Assembly (NCBI GenBank): GCA_934462705.1
Contig: CAKSIH010000001.1
Span: 47,761 to 111,760 of the forward strand
DNA from: an uncultured Eubacteriales bacterium
GTDB lineage: Bacteria; Bacillota; Clostridia; Oscillospirales; Acutalibacteraceae
DNA: 64,000 nucleotides
Direction: 5' to 3'
Shown here: positions 10,047 through 20,173 of the stretch, piece by piece
Layout of the letters: every line of letters begins with the position of its first letter
Numbering within the stretch: position 1 is the stretch's first letter
Program-made: the position numbers and the translations under genes
Notes under the pieces: model-generated
The model's database searches: none
What the model was told of the DNA's origin: nothing
The model's input: only the letters and a program-made list of their open reading frames with translations

Positions 10047-10934
10047 ATGACTATGTATTTTAATGTTAAGGTTAGCAGATCAATTTTGGCTATAAGTGTA
10101 TTAATTTTTTCGTTTATTGCAACATTTATAGTGTGGGGAAGTCAAAGTTTAGTTCATAGTGTGCTGGCAGAAGATACAGAAGAATTTACAAGACTTCCAA
10201 TTATTATGTACCATGGGATAACGCAAAATTCTAAAAAGGTAAATAAATTTGTTGTATCAGAACAGGAATTTGAAAGTGATTTAAAGTACATTAAAGACAA
10301 TGGATACACGACCGTAGTAATGCAGGATTTAATTGACTATGTATACAATGACAAGGAACTGCCGGAAAAGCCTATAATGCTAACATTTGATGATGGTTAC
10401 TACAACAATTATTTATATGGATTTCCACTGCTTAAAAAGTATGAATGCAAAATGGTACTTTCTCCAATTGGAAAGCAAGTGGATATATATTCTGAGTGTA
10501 ATGACAGGAATCCGGCATATGCACATGTCACTTGGGAAAACTTAAAAGAAATGGTTGATTCCGGTTTGGTAGAGGTACAAAATCACTCGTATGATATGCA
10601 TACTGTCGGGAAAAATCGGCGTGGCACCAAAAAAAACAAAAATGAAAGTATGGAACATTACAGAAAGGCTTTTTCTGAGGATGTAGAAAAAGCTCAGCAA
10701 GAGATGGATGAACATTTGGGATTAAAACCAACAACTTTTACATTTCCATTTGGCTCTGTAAGTAGTTGTTCGGTAGATATTTTAAAAGAAATGGGATTTG
10801 TGGCGACATTGGGCTGTGAAGGAAGAATAAACAATCTTACGCGAGATCCGGATAAATTATTTGGGATGTTTAGAATATTAAGACCGGGGAAGGCAGACAC
10901 AGAAAAATTTTTTAAATCTAAAATAGAAAAATAA
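10047..10934 (+). CDS. Polysaccharide deacetylase (NodB-homology) family protein
   Basis: N-terminal TM anchor, LTFDDGY motif 1, later HSYDMH. Typical of membrane-anchored CE4 deacetylases. Confidence 0.8.
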   Translation: MTMYFNVKVSRSILAISVLIFSFIATFIVWGSQSLVHSVLAEDTEEFTRLPIIMYHGITQNSKKVNKFVVSEQEFESDLKYIKDNGYTTVVMQDLIDYVYNDKELPEKPIMLTFDDGYYNNYLYGFPLLKKYECKMVLSPIGKQVDIYSECNDRNPAYAHVTWENLKEMVDSGLVEVQNHSYDMHTVGKNRRGTKKNKNESMEHYRKAFSEDVEKAQQEMDEHLGLKPTTFTFPFGSVSSCSVDILKEMGFVATLGCEGRINNLTRDPDKLFGMFRILRPGKADTEKFFKSKIEK

Positions 10935-10991
10935 TTGGAATTAATAAATTTAATAAATATGAGAAAATTAAAATTGAGGAGGTAATAAATA

Positions 10992-11429
10992 ATGAATGCA
11001 AATGCAGAACTTTTAAATTATATACACCAAAATGCTCAAATGGGGCAGAATTCAATTAAGAAAATACTTGAAATTATGGATAAAGACGATAAGTTTAAGG
11101 AACATTTAGAAAATCAATTTAGGGAATATAAAGAAGTTTTTGATGAGGCTGATAAAATGCTGAATGATTTGGGTGAAGAATCCAAGGATATTAATAAGAT
11201 GCAAAAAAAACAAGCTGAGGTCATGATTGAAATGAAAACAATGAAGGGGAGATCGGCCGACCACATAACCGAAATGTTAATGAAAGGTAACTTAATGGGA
11301 ATTATACAGTTAATTAGACGAATGAAGGAGTATAAGGGCAAAGTAGATGATGAAGTTTATGCTTTAGCGGACAAACTTATAAAAACAGAAGAGATAAATC
11401 TGCAAGAGGGAAGAAAATTTTTAAAATAA
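10992..11429 (+). CDS. Hypothetical helical protein (145 aa)
   Basis: Good RBS (GAGGAGG). Predicted all-helical, charged. No family recognised. Confidence 0.5.
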   Translation: MNANAELLNYIHQNAQMGQNSIKKILEIMDKDDKFKEHLENQFREYKEVFDEADKMLNDLGEESKDINKMQKKQAEVMIEMKTMKGRSADHITEMLMKGNLMGIIQLIRRMKEYKGKVDDEVYALADKLIKTEEINLQEGRKFLK

Positions 11430-11432
11430 AAC

Positions 11433-12434
11433 ATGAAAATTGAGCCTAAAGAAATATACTATGAAGAAGATGCTTTAAATTATGAATTGGGTAAATTTCT
11501 TTATTCTAAATTTAGCAATAAAAATTGGGTACCAATAGAAAATCATAACAATATTCCTTTTTTTAGAAATAAACCCAATAAGGAGTTTGCCCGCATGAAG
11601 CAAAATATCATAGTTGGCGTCAGAAAAACTCATAAGTTTGTTCCCAACAATAAAATATCTGATTTTTTGGTTCCATATACATCTTCAGGGTGCATGGCAT
11701 CGTGTCTTTACTGCTATTTAGTGTGTAATTACAACAAATGTTCATATTTAAGACTTTTTGTGAATAGAGAAAAAATGTTTGAAAAAATAATAAGAACGTC
11801 ACAAAAAAGTGAAAAGGAACTTATTTTTGAAATTGGCAGTAATAGCGATTTGGTTTTAGAAAATGTTATAACGGAGAATTTGCCGTGGACTATTGAGAAC
11901 TTTGCACAACACGGGCGTGGATTTATAACTTTTCCTACTAAATTTGATATGGTAGAACCACTTTTGGGGCTGAACCATGGGGGAAAAACTATAGTTAGAA
12001 TGAGTGTAAACCCGGAGGATATAATAAAGAAAATAGAACTTGGAACTTCAAATTTAGAAAATAGAATAAAGGCATTAAATAATTTAAGTATGGCAGGATA
12101 TAAGGTGGGAATATTAATTGCACCAGTGATAATAGTGGATAATTGGGAGAATGAGTATAAAAATTTGCTTAGAATTCTTAATGAAAAATTAAGCGCGGAA
12201 GTTCGTAAAAATATGTTTATAGAAATAATTTTTATGACTTACAGTTATGTTCATAGAAAAATAAATGAAGAAGCATTTACAAGGTCTCCGAATTTATATA
12301 ATAAGGATTTGATGACAGGAAGGGGCAGAGGAAAATATTGCTACAGACAAGATATACGTGAGTATGGAAAACAGTTTTTTTTAAATGAGGTCCCCAAATA
12401 TTTTCCTAATACAGAAATTAAATATATAGTTTAA
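11433..12434 (+). CDS. splB: Spore photoproduct lyase (radical SAM)
   Basis: CMASCLYCYL (CxxxCxxC) cluster near residue 90, about 333 aa, overall SplB-like layout. Confidence 0.8.
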   Translation: MKIEPKEIYYEEDALNYELGKFLYSKFSNKNWVPIENHNNIPFFRNKPNKEFARMKQNIIVGVRKTHKFVPNNKISDFLVPYTSSGCMASCLYCYLVCNYNKCSYLRLFVNREKMFEKIIRTSQKSEKELIFEIGSNSDLVLENVITENLPWTIENFAQHGRGFITFPTKFDMVEPLLGLNHGGKTIVRMSVNPEDIIKKIELGTSNLENRIKALNNLSMAGYKVGILIAPVIIVDNWENEYKNLLRILNEKLSAEVRKNMFIEIIFMTYSYVHRKINEEAFTRSPNLYNKDLMTGRGRGKYCYRQDIREYGKQFFLNEVPKYFPNTEIKYIV

Positions 12435-12461
12435 AAGAGCAGTGCAAAAGCTGCTCTTTTT
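12434..12461 (+). terminator. Terminator after splB
   Basis: AAAGAGCAG-TGCAAAA-CTGCTCTTT followed by T-run. Confidence 0.7.
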
Positions 12462-12521
12462 GAATTTTTATAATAAATTAGAAAATAATAATTGTAAAGC
12501 AAAAATATAAGGAGAATAATT

Positions 12522-13541
12522 ATGGCGAAACGAGTAGGAAGATATACAATTAAGATGGAAAATATGCCATCAATCAATGGTTTTGCCGCGGTATGCGGGA
12601 AAAAGGAAGCAGAAGGCCCTTTAGGCGAATATTTTGACTATACGTATGATGACACCACACTGGGAGAAGCGTCTTGGGAAAAAGCAGAGAGCAAATTGCA
12701 AACAGAAGCTGTAAATAGAGCGCTTGAGAAAGCAAACGTAAGGGCTGCTGATGTTGACTTTATATTTGCCGGAGATCTTTTAAATCAGTGTATTTCATCA
12801 ACATTTGGACTGCGAAATTTAAATATACCATTTTTAGGACAATATGGTGCATGTTCAACAATGGCACAAACTCTTATATTGTCATCAATAATGGTGGAAT
12901 GTGCAATAGCAAAAAATTGTGTTGCAGTAACGTCATCACATTTTTGTTCGGCAGAAAGACAATTTAGATTTCCGCTCGAATATGGGGGACAAAGAACACC
13001 TACAGCTCAATGGACAGTTACTGGATCTGGAGCAGCGGTTGTTGGTGGCAGCGGAAATAATCCATTTATTTCGGCGGTAACCGTAGGAAAAATAGTGGAT
13101 CTTGGAATAAAGGATGCTAATAATATGGGTGCAGCAATGGCTCCGGCGGCAGCAGCAACGCTAGAGGACTTCCTTAAAGATACAGAAACAACACCAAATG
13201 ATTATGATTTAATTTTAACGGGGGATTTAGGTCAGGTTGGCAGTGATTTGCTGTTTGAACTTTTGAGCAAGGATGGAATAAAATTAGGAAATAAACACAA
13301 TGACTGTGGAGTTATGATATACGATAAAGAGAAGCAAGACGTTCATGCAGGTGGATCAGGGTGTGGCTGCTCTGCAACAGTGCTTTGTTCGGTAATTCTG
13401 AATAAATTAAAGAAGGGTGATTTAAATAACATTTTATTTATGGCAACAGGAGCCCTTATGTCGCCAACGTCGTCACAACAAGGAGAAAGTATACCCGGAG
13501 TAGCGCATTTAGTGCAAATAAAAAGTAACTTAAACCAATAG
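12522..13541 (+). CDS. spoVAD: Stage V sporulation protein AD
   Basis: Thiolase-fold-like 339-aa protein. FAAVCGKKEAEGPLGEYFD and GDLLNQ motifs characteristic of SpoVAD. Confidence 0.9.
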   Translation: MAKRVGRYTIKMENMPSINGFAAVCGKKEAEGPLGEYFDYTYDDTTLGEASWEKAESKLQTEAVNRALEKANVRAADVDFIFAGDLLNQCISSTFGLRNLNIPFLGQYGACSTMAQTLILSSIMVECAIAKNCVAVTSSHFCSAERQFRFPLEYGGQRTPTAQWTVTGSGAAVVGGSGNNPFISAVTVGKIVDLGIKDANNMGAAMAPAAAATLEDFLKDTETTPNDYDLILTGDLGQVGSDLLFELLSKDGIKLGNKHNDCGVMIYDKEKQDVHAGGSGCGCSATVLCSVILNKLKKGDLNNILFMATGALMSPTSSQQGESIPGVAHLVQIKSNLNQ

Positions 13542-13942
13542 AAAAAAAGTGGTAGTCAAAAATATCTGCCATTTTAGGTGGAATACTAAAAACTGAATTT
13601 ATAACGTTTATGGCCGCCTTCATCTAGCAGTTTCCTTGCAATGTTTTGAAGTTGATTAGGACGACATAATTAGTTACCTCTTCTCATTTTTTTGAGGCAT
13701 GAGATGTTATAACTTGCTTGTGTATATAGGTAATTATAAGTTCCAGGAATTTTAAATATTTAATTTTGCCGTATTGAATGTAACTAAAAAGGGACCTCAC
13801 ACTATTTAGTGTGGGGTCAAATATTTTAGCAAATGCAGAGAAGGAATATTCTAACTCTCTTATGTGCACAACATATTGGAGTTAATATTTAAAGTTAGCT
13901 TAATAAAGGAATTTTAAGTTTAGACAGTGTTATTTCAGTTTA

Positions 13943-14725
13943 TTAAATATGCCTGTTAATTTCATATACTTCTTTTAGTCCATGTAAGACTAAGTTTTCA
14001 CATAAAATTACATTGCTTTTACAATGTGGAGCTACTTTAGACGAAAATCCTCCAGTTAATATAATTTTACATTTGTAACCCAAATTTTCATTTATCCTTT
14101 GTGTCATTCCATCAATCATACAGGCAGTTCCATAGATGATGCCTGAACGCATGCTTTCAGAAGTATCTAATGATATTAAATTTTTTGGGGCATCTATGCT
14201 TATAGAGGAAAGTAATGCTGTCTTAGTTGTAAGGGCGTCAAGTGATATTCTTAAACCGGGAATAATACTTCCACCTATAAATTGTTTATGATTGTCAATT
14301 ACAGAAATGGTTGTAGCAGTTCCTAAATCAATAATTATACAAGGTGGTCCATATAGGTTAACAGCAGCAATAGCCCCACAAAGCAAATCTGCACCAAAGT
14401 CTATATGTTTGGAAAATGAAAATTGAGCATTTGCAAATGATTCATTTTTTATAATGAGTGGGGCAACCTTACAAAGACGTATCACAGCATTTTCAATATG
14501 ATGTGTAATAGATGGAACAACAGAGCCTATAACAGCACCAGATATTTCACAATGGTTAATTCCGTAAAGCTGTAAAATTTCATTTAAGTTTACGAAAATT
14601 TGATCTTCTGTAAGATGTCTGTCAGTAAAAATGCGTGAAACAAATTTTAGTTCCTTATTTTTATATCCACCAATAGTTATATTCGTGTTTCCAATATCAA
14701 TGGCAATTATCATTATGTATTTCAT
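13943..14725 (-). CDS. coaX: Type III pantothenate kinase
   Basis: IAIDIGNTNITIG phosphate-1 motif, IIDLGTATT, about 255 aa. Confidence 0.85.
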   Translation of the reverse strand: MKYIMIIAIDIGNTNITIGGYKNKELKFVSRIFTDRHLTEDQIFVNLNEILQLYGINHCEISGAVIGSVVPSITHHIENAVIRLCKVAPLIIKNESFANAQFSFSKHIDFGADLLCGAIAAVNLYGPPCIIIDLGTATTISVIDNHKQFIGGSIIPGLRISLDALTTKTALLSSISIDAPKNLISLDTSESMRSGIIYGTACMIDGMTQRINENLGYKCKIILTGGFSSKVAPHCKSNVILCENLVLHGLKEVYEINRHI

Positions 14726-14787
14726 CCTATGGTATTTTTTAATTTTAGATTAAATATGCTTTAATTTATAATTCAGCTTTATTTAAA

Positions 14788-14871
14788 GCGGCCGCGAGGC
14801 CGCAAGCTTCGCTTGCAAGAATGGCTTTGCCATTCTATCCGCAGCTAAAAGCTGCGGGGCCTCGCGGCTGC
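14788..14871. repeat. GC-rich cloverleaf repeat, copy 3 (Ha-Hb-Hc)
   Basis: GCGGCCGCGAGGCC / GCAAGC-TTC-GCTTGC / AAGAATGGC-TTT-GCCATTCT / CCGCAGC-TAAAA-GCTGCGG / GGCCTCGCGGCTGC. Confidence 0.9.
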
Positions 14872-14893
14872 GTAGTGCATAAAGCAAAAGATA

Positions 14894-16309
14894 TTATTCT
14901 GACCTAAAGAAGGCAAGGGCTGCCTTGTATGCCATATATATGTCTATTTTAGATACGACTTCGAATGGAGCATGCATAGATAAAACAGGAACGCCAAGGT
15001 CAACGACATCAACATTTAAATTAGCCATATACTTAGCGATAGTCCCGCCACCGCCGGCATCAACTTTTCCAAGTTCACCGGTTTGCCATAGAATTTCGTC
15101 TTTTTCTAAAATAGATCTAACCTTGGCCATAAATTCGGCAGATGCATCAGAAGTACCGCCTTTACCGCCGCTACCAGTATATTTGGTTATTACTACTCCA
15201 TTGTTAATAAAGCAACTGTTTGAGGCATCATAAACAGAAGAATAGGTTGGATCAAAAGCAGCGTTAACATCGGCAGACAAGCATTCTGACTTAGTTAATA
15301 CATGCCTATATTCTTGATTATCATTAGCGGATAAATCTGCAATAAAATATCTAAAGAAAGCAGAATTCATACCGGTATTTCCATCGCTTCCGGTTTCCTC
15401 TTTATCAGCTAAAATGGTCATAATAGTGTGTTCAGGAATCTCACTAAAGGTTAAGATTGACATTAAAATTGGATAAGCGCAGACTCTATCATCATGTCCA
15501 TAAGATCCTATCATGCTTTTATCAAATCCGATATCCACAGCTTTATAAGATGGTACCAATTCAAGTTCAGCTGAGATAAAATCATCCTCAATAATATCAT
15601 ATTTTTCATTTAAAAGCTTCATTATATTAAGTTTTACAAGTTCTGATGCCTTGTTATCTCTGAATGGCCTGCTTCCCACTAAGATATTAAGATCTTCACC
15701 CGCAATGGCTTTTTGCAAAGTTTTGGTCATTTGCTCTTTAGCAAGATGTGGAAGCAAGTCCGTAACGCAAAAATGAGGTTCGTCATCAGTTTCGCCCAAT
15801 TTTACATTAACAAATTCACCATTTTTTTTAATGATCTTGCCGTGAAGCGCCAAAGGTATAGCAGTCCATTGATATTTTTTTATGCCGCCGTAATAATGTG
15901 TTTTAAACAGTGCAAGTTCATTTTGCTCGTATAAAGGGTTTGGCTTTAGGTCAAGTCTTGGCGAATCAATGTGAGCAACTGTAATTTTGATTCCCTCTTT
16001 TGTACCCTTTTTTCCTATAATAGAAAAAATTACAGATTTATTTCTGTTTACGTAATAAATTTTATCTCCGGGTTTGTATTTTTTATCTAAATCAAATTCT
16101 TCAAAACCGTATTCCTTTGCAAGTTTAATAGAATAATCCACAGCTTCTCTTTCGGTTTTTGCTTCGTTTAAAAATGTTTTATAATCTTCGCAAAACTCAT
16201 CAGCATGAGCAATTTCAGTGTCTGTTATTTTTAATGCTCCGTTTTTTCTGTTTAAAAATAATTTCTCTTTAAGTATTTCCGTTTCACTTTTTGTTTCTAC
16301 TTTTGACAT
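14894..16309 (-). CDS. M18-family aminopeptidase
   Basis: AHIDSPRLDLKPNP, EETGSDG and HAPFE motifs in M18/M42-like order; 471 aa. Confidence 0.75.
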   Translation of the reverse strand: MSKVETKSETEILKEKLFLNRKNGALKITDTEIAHADEFCEDYKTFLNEAKTEREAVDYSIKLAKEYGFEEFDLDKKYKPGDKIYYVNRNKSVIFSIIGKKGTKEGIKITVAHIDSPRLDLKPNPLYEQNELALFKTHYYGGIKKYQWTAIPLALHGKIIKKNGEFVNVKLGETDDEPHFCVTDLLPHLAKEQMTKTLQKAIAGEDLNILVGSRPFRDNKASELVKLNIMKLLNEKYDIIEDDFISAELELVPSYKAVDIGFDKSMIGSYGHDDRVCAYPILMSILTFSEIPEHTIMTILADKEETGSDGNTGMNSAFFRYFIADLSANDNQEYRHVLTKSECLSADVNAAFDPTYSSVYDASNSCFINNGVVITKYTGSGGKGGTSDASAEFMAKVRSILEKDEILWQTGELGKVDAGGGGTIAKYMANLNVDVVDLGVPVLSMHAPFEVVSKIDIYMAYKAALAFFRSE

Positions 16310-16886
16310 AACTATCGCCCTTTCTGTTTTTATAATATATTTTTTTATACATATCCCGACTTCGCAAAACTTTTTTTACATATGCATGAGTTTCAGGATA
16401 TGGTATATTTTTAAGTGTTTTGCCATCGCTTGAGTATTTATGGTTTTTAAGCCAAGAATCCACATTACCTGTTCCTGCGTTATATGCAGCTAGAGCTGTG
16501 GTTTCATTATTATATTTTTTTAATAAATTAGATAAAAAATATGCGCCAAAATGTATATTAATTTCTGGATCATAAAGCATGGAAACATCTAACGTTTGGG
16601 TCTTCTTTTGAGTTTGAAGCCAGTTAAATGTATCAGGCATTATTTGCATTAAACCTATGGCTCCGGCGGTCGATTTTGCATTCTTGCTGAAGTTGCTTTC
16701 AGATTTTATAACTGCGTATATAAGTTCAGGTTCAACTTCATATTGTTTTGAATATTTAGATACAATAGAATTAAATTTACAAGGGTATGCTTTTTTTAAA
16801 AAGAATGAATATCCGGCTTGCAAAAGCACAAATACAAGTATTGCTGATATAAATACAAATATACCAAGTTTAAGTTGACGTTTCAT
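16284..16886 (-). CDS. Lytic transglycosylase (SLT domain), membrane-anchored
   Basis: N-terminal TM helix, catalytic ESNF (IKSESNF), GLMQIMP and AYNAG motifs. Confidence 0.85.
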   Translation of the reverse strand: MKRQLKLGIFVFISAILVFVLLQAGYSFFLKKAYPCKFNSIVSKYSKQYEVEPELIYAVIKSESNFSKNAKSTAGAIGLMQIMPDTFNWLQTQKKTQTLDVSMLYDPEINIHFGAYFLSNLLKKYNNETTALAAYNAGTGNVDSWLKNHKYSSDGKTLKNIPYPETHAYVKKVLRSRDMYKKIYYKNRKGDSYVKSRNKK

Positions 16887-17490
16887 TTAAGCTCTCCTGT
16901 ATCTTGCTAAGGGCAGTGCTAAATTTGCTTAAAAGGTTTTCCTTACTTTCATTATTATAAATGATAAAATCAGCTTTATGATAGAATGTATCACGTTTTT
17001 GTGCACGAAGCCTTAACTCAGCATCATTTTCAGTTAAAGTGTCACGGCTTATAATTCTTTGCTTACGAATATTGAAATCACTTAAGACAGCAATAACCTT
17101 ATCGCAAATAAGATTTAAACCACTTTCAAAAAGGAGAGCAGCATCGATTATTATTGTTTCAGCCCCATTACTACTGAGTGCTGAGATAATTTTTTTTATT
17201 TTATTTACAATATAAGGGTGTGTAATTTTATTCAATATTTGAGTTTGCTCGCTAGAACTAAAGGCCATGCTAGCCAAAATTTTTCTATTTATTTTTAAAC
17301 TTTCGTCTAATATATCTGCACCAAAATAAGAAGAAAGCTCATTTCTGCAATTATGGTTTTCATTAATTACATTTCTTCCCACATTATCTGCGTCAATTAC
17401 CTTAACACCCTTATCAATTAAATAGCTGCATATAGTAGACTTTCCAGCTCCGGTAGGCCCAGTTAGGCCTATAACTATATTTTTTTTCAA
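16870..17490 (-). CDS. coaE: Dephospho-CoA kinase
   Basis: IGLTGPTGAGKST P-loop at the N-terminus; about 200 aa. Confidence 0.85.
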   Translation of the reverse strand: MKKNIVIGLTGPTGAGKSTICSYLIDKGVKVIDADNVGRNVINENHNCRNELSSYFGADILDESLKINRKILASMAFSSSEQTQILNKITHPYIVNKIKKIISALSSNGAETIIIDAALLFESGLNLICDKVIAVLSDFNIRKQRIISRDTLTENDAELRLRAQKRDTFYHKADFIIYNNESKENLLSKFSTALSKIQESLNETST

Positions 17491-17525
17491 GGTTTCACCT
17501 CATACTTTAACTGCAAAGCATGTAG

Positions 17526-18554
17526 TTAATTAATATCATCTATTTTTATTACGTTAAACCCTGCAGCACGAATAAGCCGGTTATATACTGCAAGCCCTAC
17601 TCCCTTAAGCTTTGGACAATGAGCATATACCTTTTTTATGTTGCTTAGCTCATCTATTTTCCGAAGTGAATCAAAAAATAAATTTGCTTGGTTTAAATAA
17701 TCATTTTCTTTTCCATATGAAATGCAGGGAACAGAAAGTTTTTTTGTGTCCTCATCAAAGCAAAGGGCCCAAATACCAACATTATCATTTTGATTATTCA
17801 CATAGTTTGCATAGGCTTCAGAGCTGCCGTCTATCATGATTATATCAGCTTCCGGAGCATAATGTTTGTATTTCATTCCCGGGGATAGGGCAATATCGTT
17901 TTGGCTTAGACCTTTTGTAATTGCAGGGTCAATAATTGCGTTTGGTAAAATAGATTTAATTTGCTCTGGCGTAACATTACCGGGGCGCAAAATTCTTGGA
18001 GGATTTGTAACCAAAGATATTACGGTAGATTCAACGCCAAATTCACAATTGCCGCCATCAATTATTGCATCAATTTTTCCATTAAGATCTTTTACCACAT
18101 GAGCAAACTTAGTGGGGCTGGGCTTGCCTGAAAGGTTAGCTGAAGGGGCAGCTAAAGGCTTTCCCGTTAATCTTATAAGATTTCGCATAATTTCATTTGA
18201 CGGAAATCTTATAGCTACCGTGTCAAGGCCGCCACTGGTTTCATAAGGAACGATCGAAGATTTTTTTAATATCATCGTTAGAGGTCCAGGCCAAAAGGTT
18301 TCAGCCAAATGTTTTGCTGAGTCTGGAATATCTTTAACAAGATTATCTATTTGTGAGAAGTCAGATATGTGCACTATAAGAGGATTATCCGATGGTCGTC
18401 CTTTAGCCTTAAATATGTTTTTTACAGCGGTAGGATTTAGTGCATCAGCCGCAAGACCATATACGGTTTCTGTCGGTACTGCAACGAGTCCTCCTGCATT
18501 TAATATATCTGCACAGATTTGCAGTTCTTTTACTGACAAAATTTTAGTTTTCAT
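17526..18554 (-). CDS. tsaC: L-threonylcarbamoyladenylate synthase (Sua5/YwlC type, TsaC)
   Basis: VAVPTETVYGLAADA, KGRPSDNPLIVH and SANLSGKPSPT motifs plus a C-terminal Sua5 domain. Internal ATG (MKTKIL) preferred as start. Confidence 0.85.
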   Translation of the reverse strand: MKTKILSVKELQICADILNAGGLVAVPTETVYGLAADALNPTAVKNIFKAKGRPSDNPLIVHISDFSQIDNLVKDIPDSAKHLAETFWPGPLTMILKKSSIVPYETSGGLDTVAIRFPSNEIMRNLIRLTGKPLAAPSANLSGKPSPTKFAHVVKDLNGKIDAIIDGGNCEFGVESTVISLVTNPPRILRPGNVTPEQIKSILPNAIIDPAITKGLSQNDIALSPGMKYKHYAPEADIIMIDGSSEAYANYVNNQNDNVGIWALCFDEDTKKLSVPCISYGKENDYLNQANLFFDSLRKIDELSNIKKVYAHCPKLKGVGLAVYNRLIRAAGFNVIKIDDIN

Positions 18555-18567
18555 ATTAACACCATTT

Positions 18568-19653
18568 CTATTTGGCTCCATTTTCAATGGAACTTTCAAG
18601 TTTAGCAGCTCTATCGGCAGTTATAAGAGCATCAATGACTTCTTCAAGGTTGCCGTTTAAAATGTCCTCAAGTCTATACAATGTAAGGCCAATACGATGG
18701 TCGGTCAATCTCCCTTGAGGATAGTTATAAGTCCTAATTCTTTCAGAACGATCACCGGTACCAACTTGAGTTTTTCTTTCCTGAGCAAGGGCATCATTTT
18801 GCTCTTGCATTTTAGCTTCTAGTAGTCTAGACTTCAAAACCTTCATAGCCTTATCTTTATTTTTATATTGGCTTCTTTCATCTTGACATTCAACTATAAG
18901 ACCCGTAGGAAGGTGTGTAATACGTATTGCAGATTCGGTTTTGTTTATGTGTTGACCGCCTGCTCCGCTTGCTCTAAATGTATCTATTTGTAGGTCTGCC
19001 GGATTTATATCTATTTCAACATCCTCAGCCTCTGGAAGAACTGCAACAGTAACGGTAGAGGTATGAATTCTGCCTTGAGCCTCTGTTTCTGGTACTCGCT
19101 GAACTCTGTGAACACCACTTTCATATTTAAGCCTTGAGTATGCACCTTCACCGGAAATCATAAAACTTATTTCTTTAAATCCGCCAAGTTCAGTTTCATT
19201 TGCATTCAAAATTTCTGTTTTCCATCTTTTTGATTCAGCATACATACTATACATTCTAAAAAGAACCCCGGAAAATAAAGCTGCCTCTTCGCCTCCGGCG
19301 CCACCGCGAATTTCTATTATAACGTTTCTGTCGTCATTCGGGTCTTTGGGAAGCAGCAAAATTTTTAGTTCATCTGAAATAGTTGCAAGCTTTTCTCTTG
19401 CATTGTCCAGTTCAGCTTCTACCATTTCTCTGAAATCTTTATCGAGTCCTCCCTCTGATAAGAGCTGTTTAGCTTCTGCTTCGTTGTTTTTTTCACGTTT
19501 ATATTCTGAGTATTTTTCAACAATTGGAAGTAAATTTTTTTGCTCTTTCATTATATCTCTATATTTTTCTTGATCCGAAATTATGTTTGGGTCATATAAA
19601 AGTTTGTTTAATTCATCGTATCTTTTTTTAAAAACCTCTAATTTATCAAACAA
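18568..19653 (-). CDS. prfA: Peptide chain release factor 1
   Basis: PET-type anticodon motif (VQRVPETE, equivalent to RF1 PxT) and [13 protein letters not shown] motif. Probable TTG start giving MFDKLE. Confidence 0.95.
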   Translation of the reverse strand: MFDKLEVFKKRYDELNKLLYDPNIISDQEKYRDIMKEQKNLLPIVEKYSEYKREKNNEAEAKQLLSEGGLDKDFREMVEAELDNAREKLATISDELKILLLPKDPNDDRNVIIEIRGGAGGEEAALFSGVLFRMYSMYAESKRWKTEILNANETELGGFKEISFMISGEGAYSRLKYESGVHRVQRVPETEAQGRIHTSTVTVAVLPEAEDVEIDINPADLQIDTFRASGAGGQHINKTESAIRITHLPTGLIVECQDERSQYKNKDKAMKVLKSRLLEAKMQEQNDALAQERKTQVGTGDRSERIRTYNYPQGRLTDHRIGLTLYRLEDILNGNLEEVIDALITADRAAKLESSIENGAK

Positions 19654-19694
19654 AATAATACCTACTTTCAAATAATTTTCTTAGTGCTTTATTA

Positions 19695-19786
19695 TAAGGG
19701 CCGCCGCATGCGCTGCGCGCGGACCCGGGGCATTGAGCCCTGGGCTAGTCAGCCAGTTTCATGGGCTGACTATGCGGCGGCCCTTA
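19695..19786. repeat. GC-rich three-hairpin element, sequence-divergent variant
   Basis: Outer stem TAAGGGCCGCCGCAT/ATGCGGCGGCCCTTA encloses GCGC-TGC-GCGC, CCCGGGGC-ATTGA-GCCCTGGG and TAGTCAGCC-AGTTTCATG-GGCTGACTA. Confidence 0.8.
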
Positions 19787-19816
19787 CATAGCGAGAGGTG
19801 TGAAAAAAGGAAGCTA

Positions 19817-20005
19817 TTAAGGTTCTAAAATGCGGGAAGTAAATTTTTCTGCTTTAGACCGAGAAATTATTATCAGGTGGTTACATTTAAGGCACTGCAG
19901 TTTAAAATCCATACCGACTTTCTTAACCAAAAACTTGTTGTTACCACAAGGATGCAGTTTTTTCATAACTAAAACATTCCCAGTATTAATATTCACGTCA
20001 ATCAC
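19817..20005 (-). CDS. DUF951-family small protein (YyzM-like)
   Basis: 62 aa with KKLHPCG...LQCLKCNH, a four-Cys/His pattern as in DUF951. Confidence 0.6.
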   Translation of the reverse strand: MIDVNINTGNVLVMKKLHPCGNNKFLVKKVGMDFKLQCLKCNHLIIISRSKAEKFTSRILEP

Positions 20006-20173
20006 ATCTCAATAAATAAGATTAAAAAGTATATTAAAGTAATTATACCATTTTAACACAGACACAGCAAATATTTTCTTAAAGTTTTATCTACAAAATA
20101 AAATAATATAGATTTAAAAATGATAAGAAATATGTTATAATTTATAAAACAAAAAAAGGAAAGGTGTAATATC

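Noticed and set aside
13684-13869. 61-aa ORF in the spoVAD-coaX gap
   Set aside because: It has no RBS and lies in an AT-rich region with no recognisable similarity. The region is treated as non-coding or a remnant.
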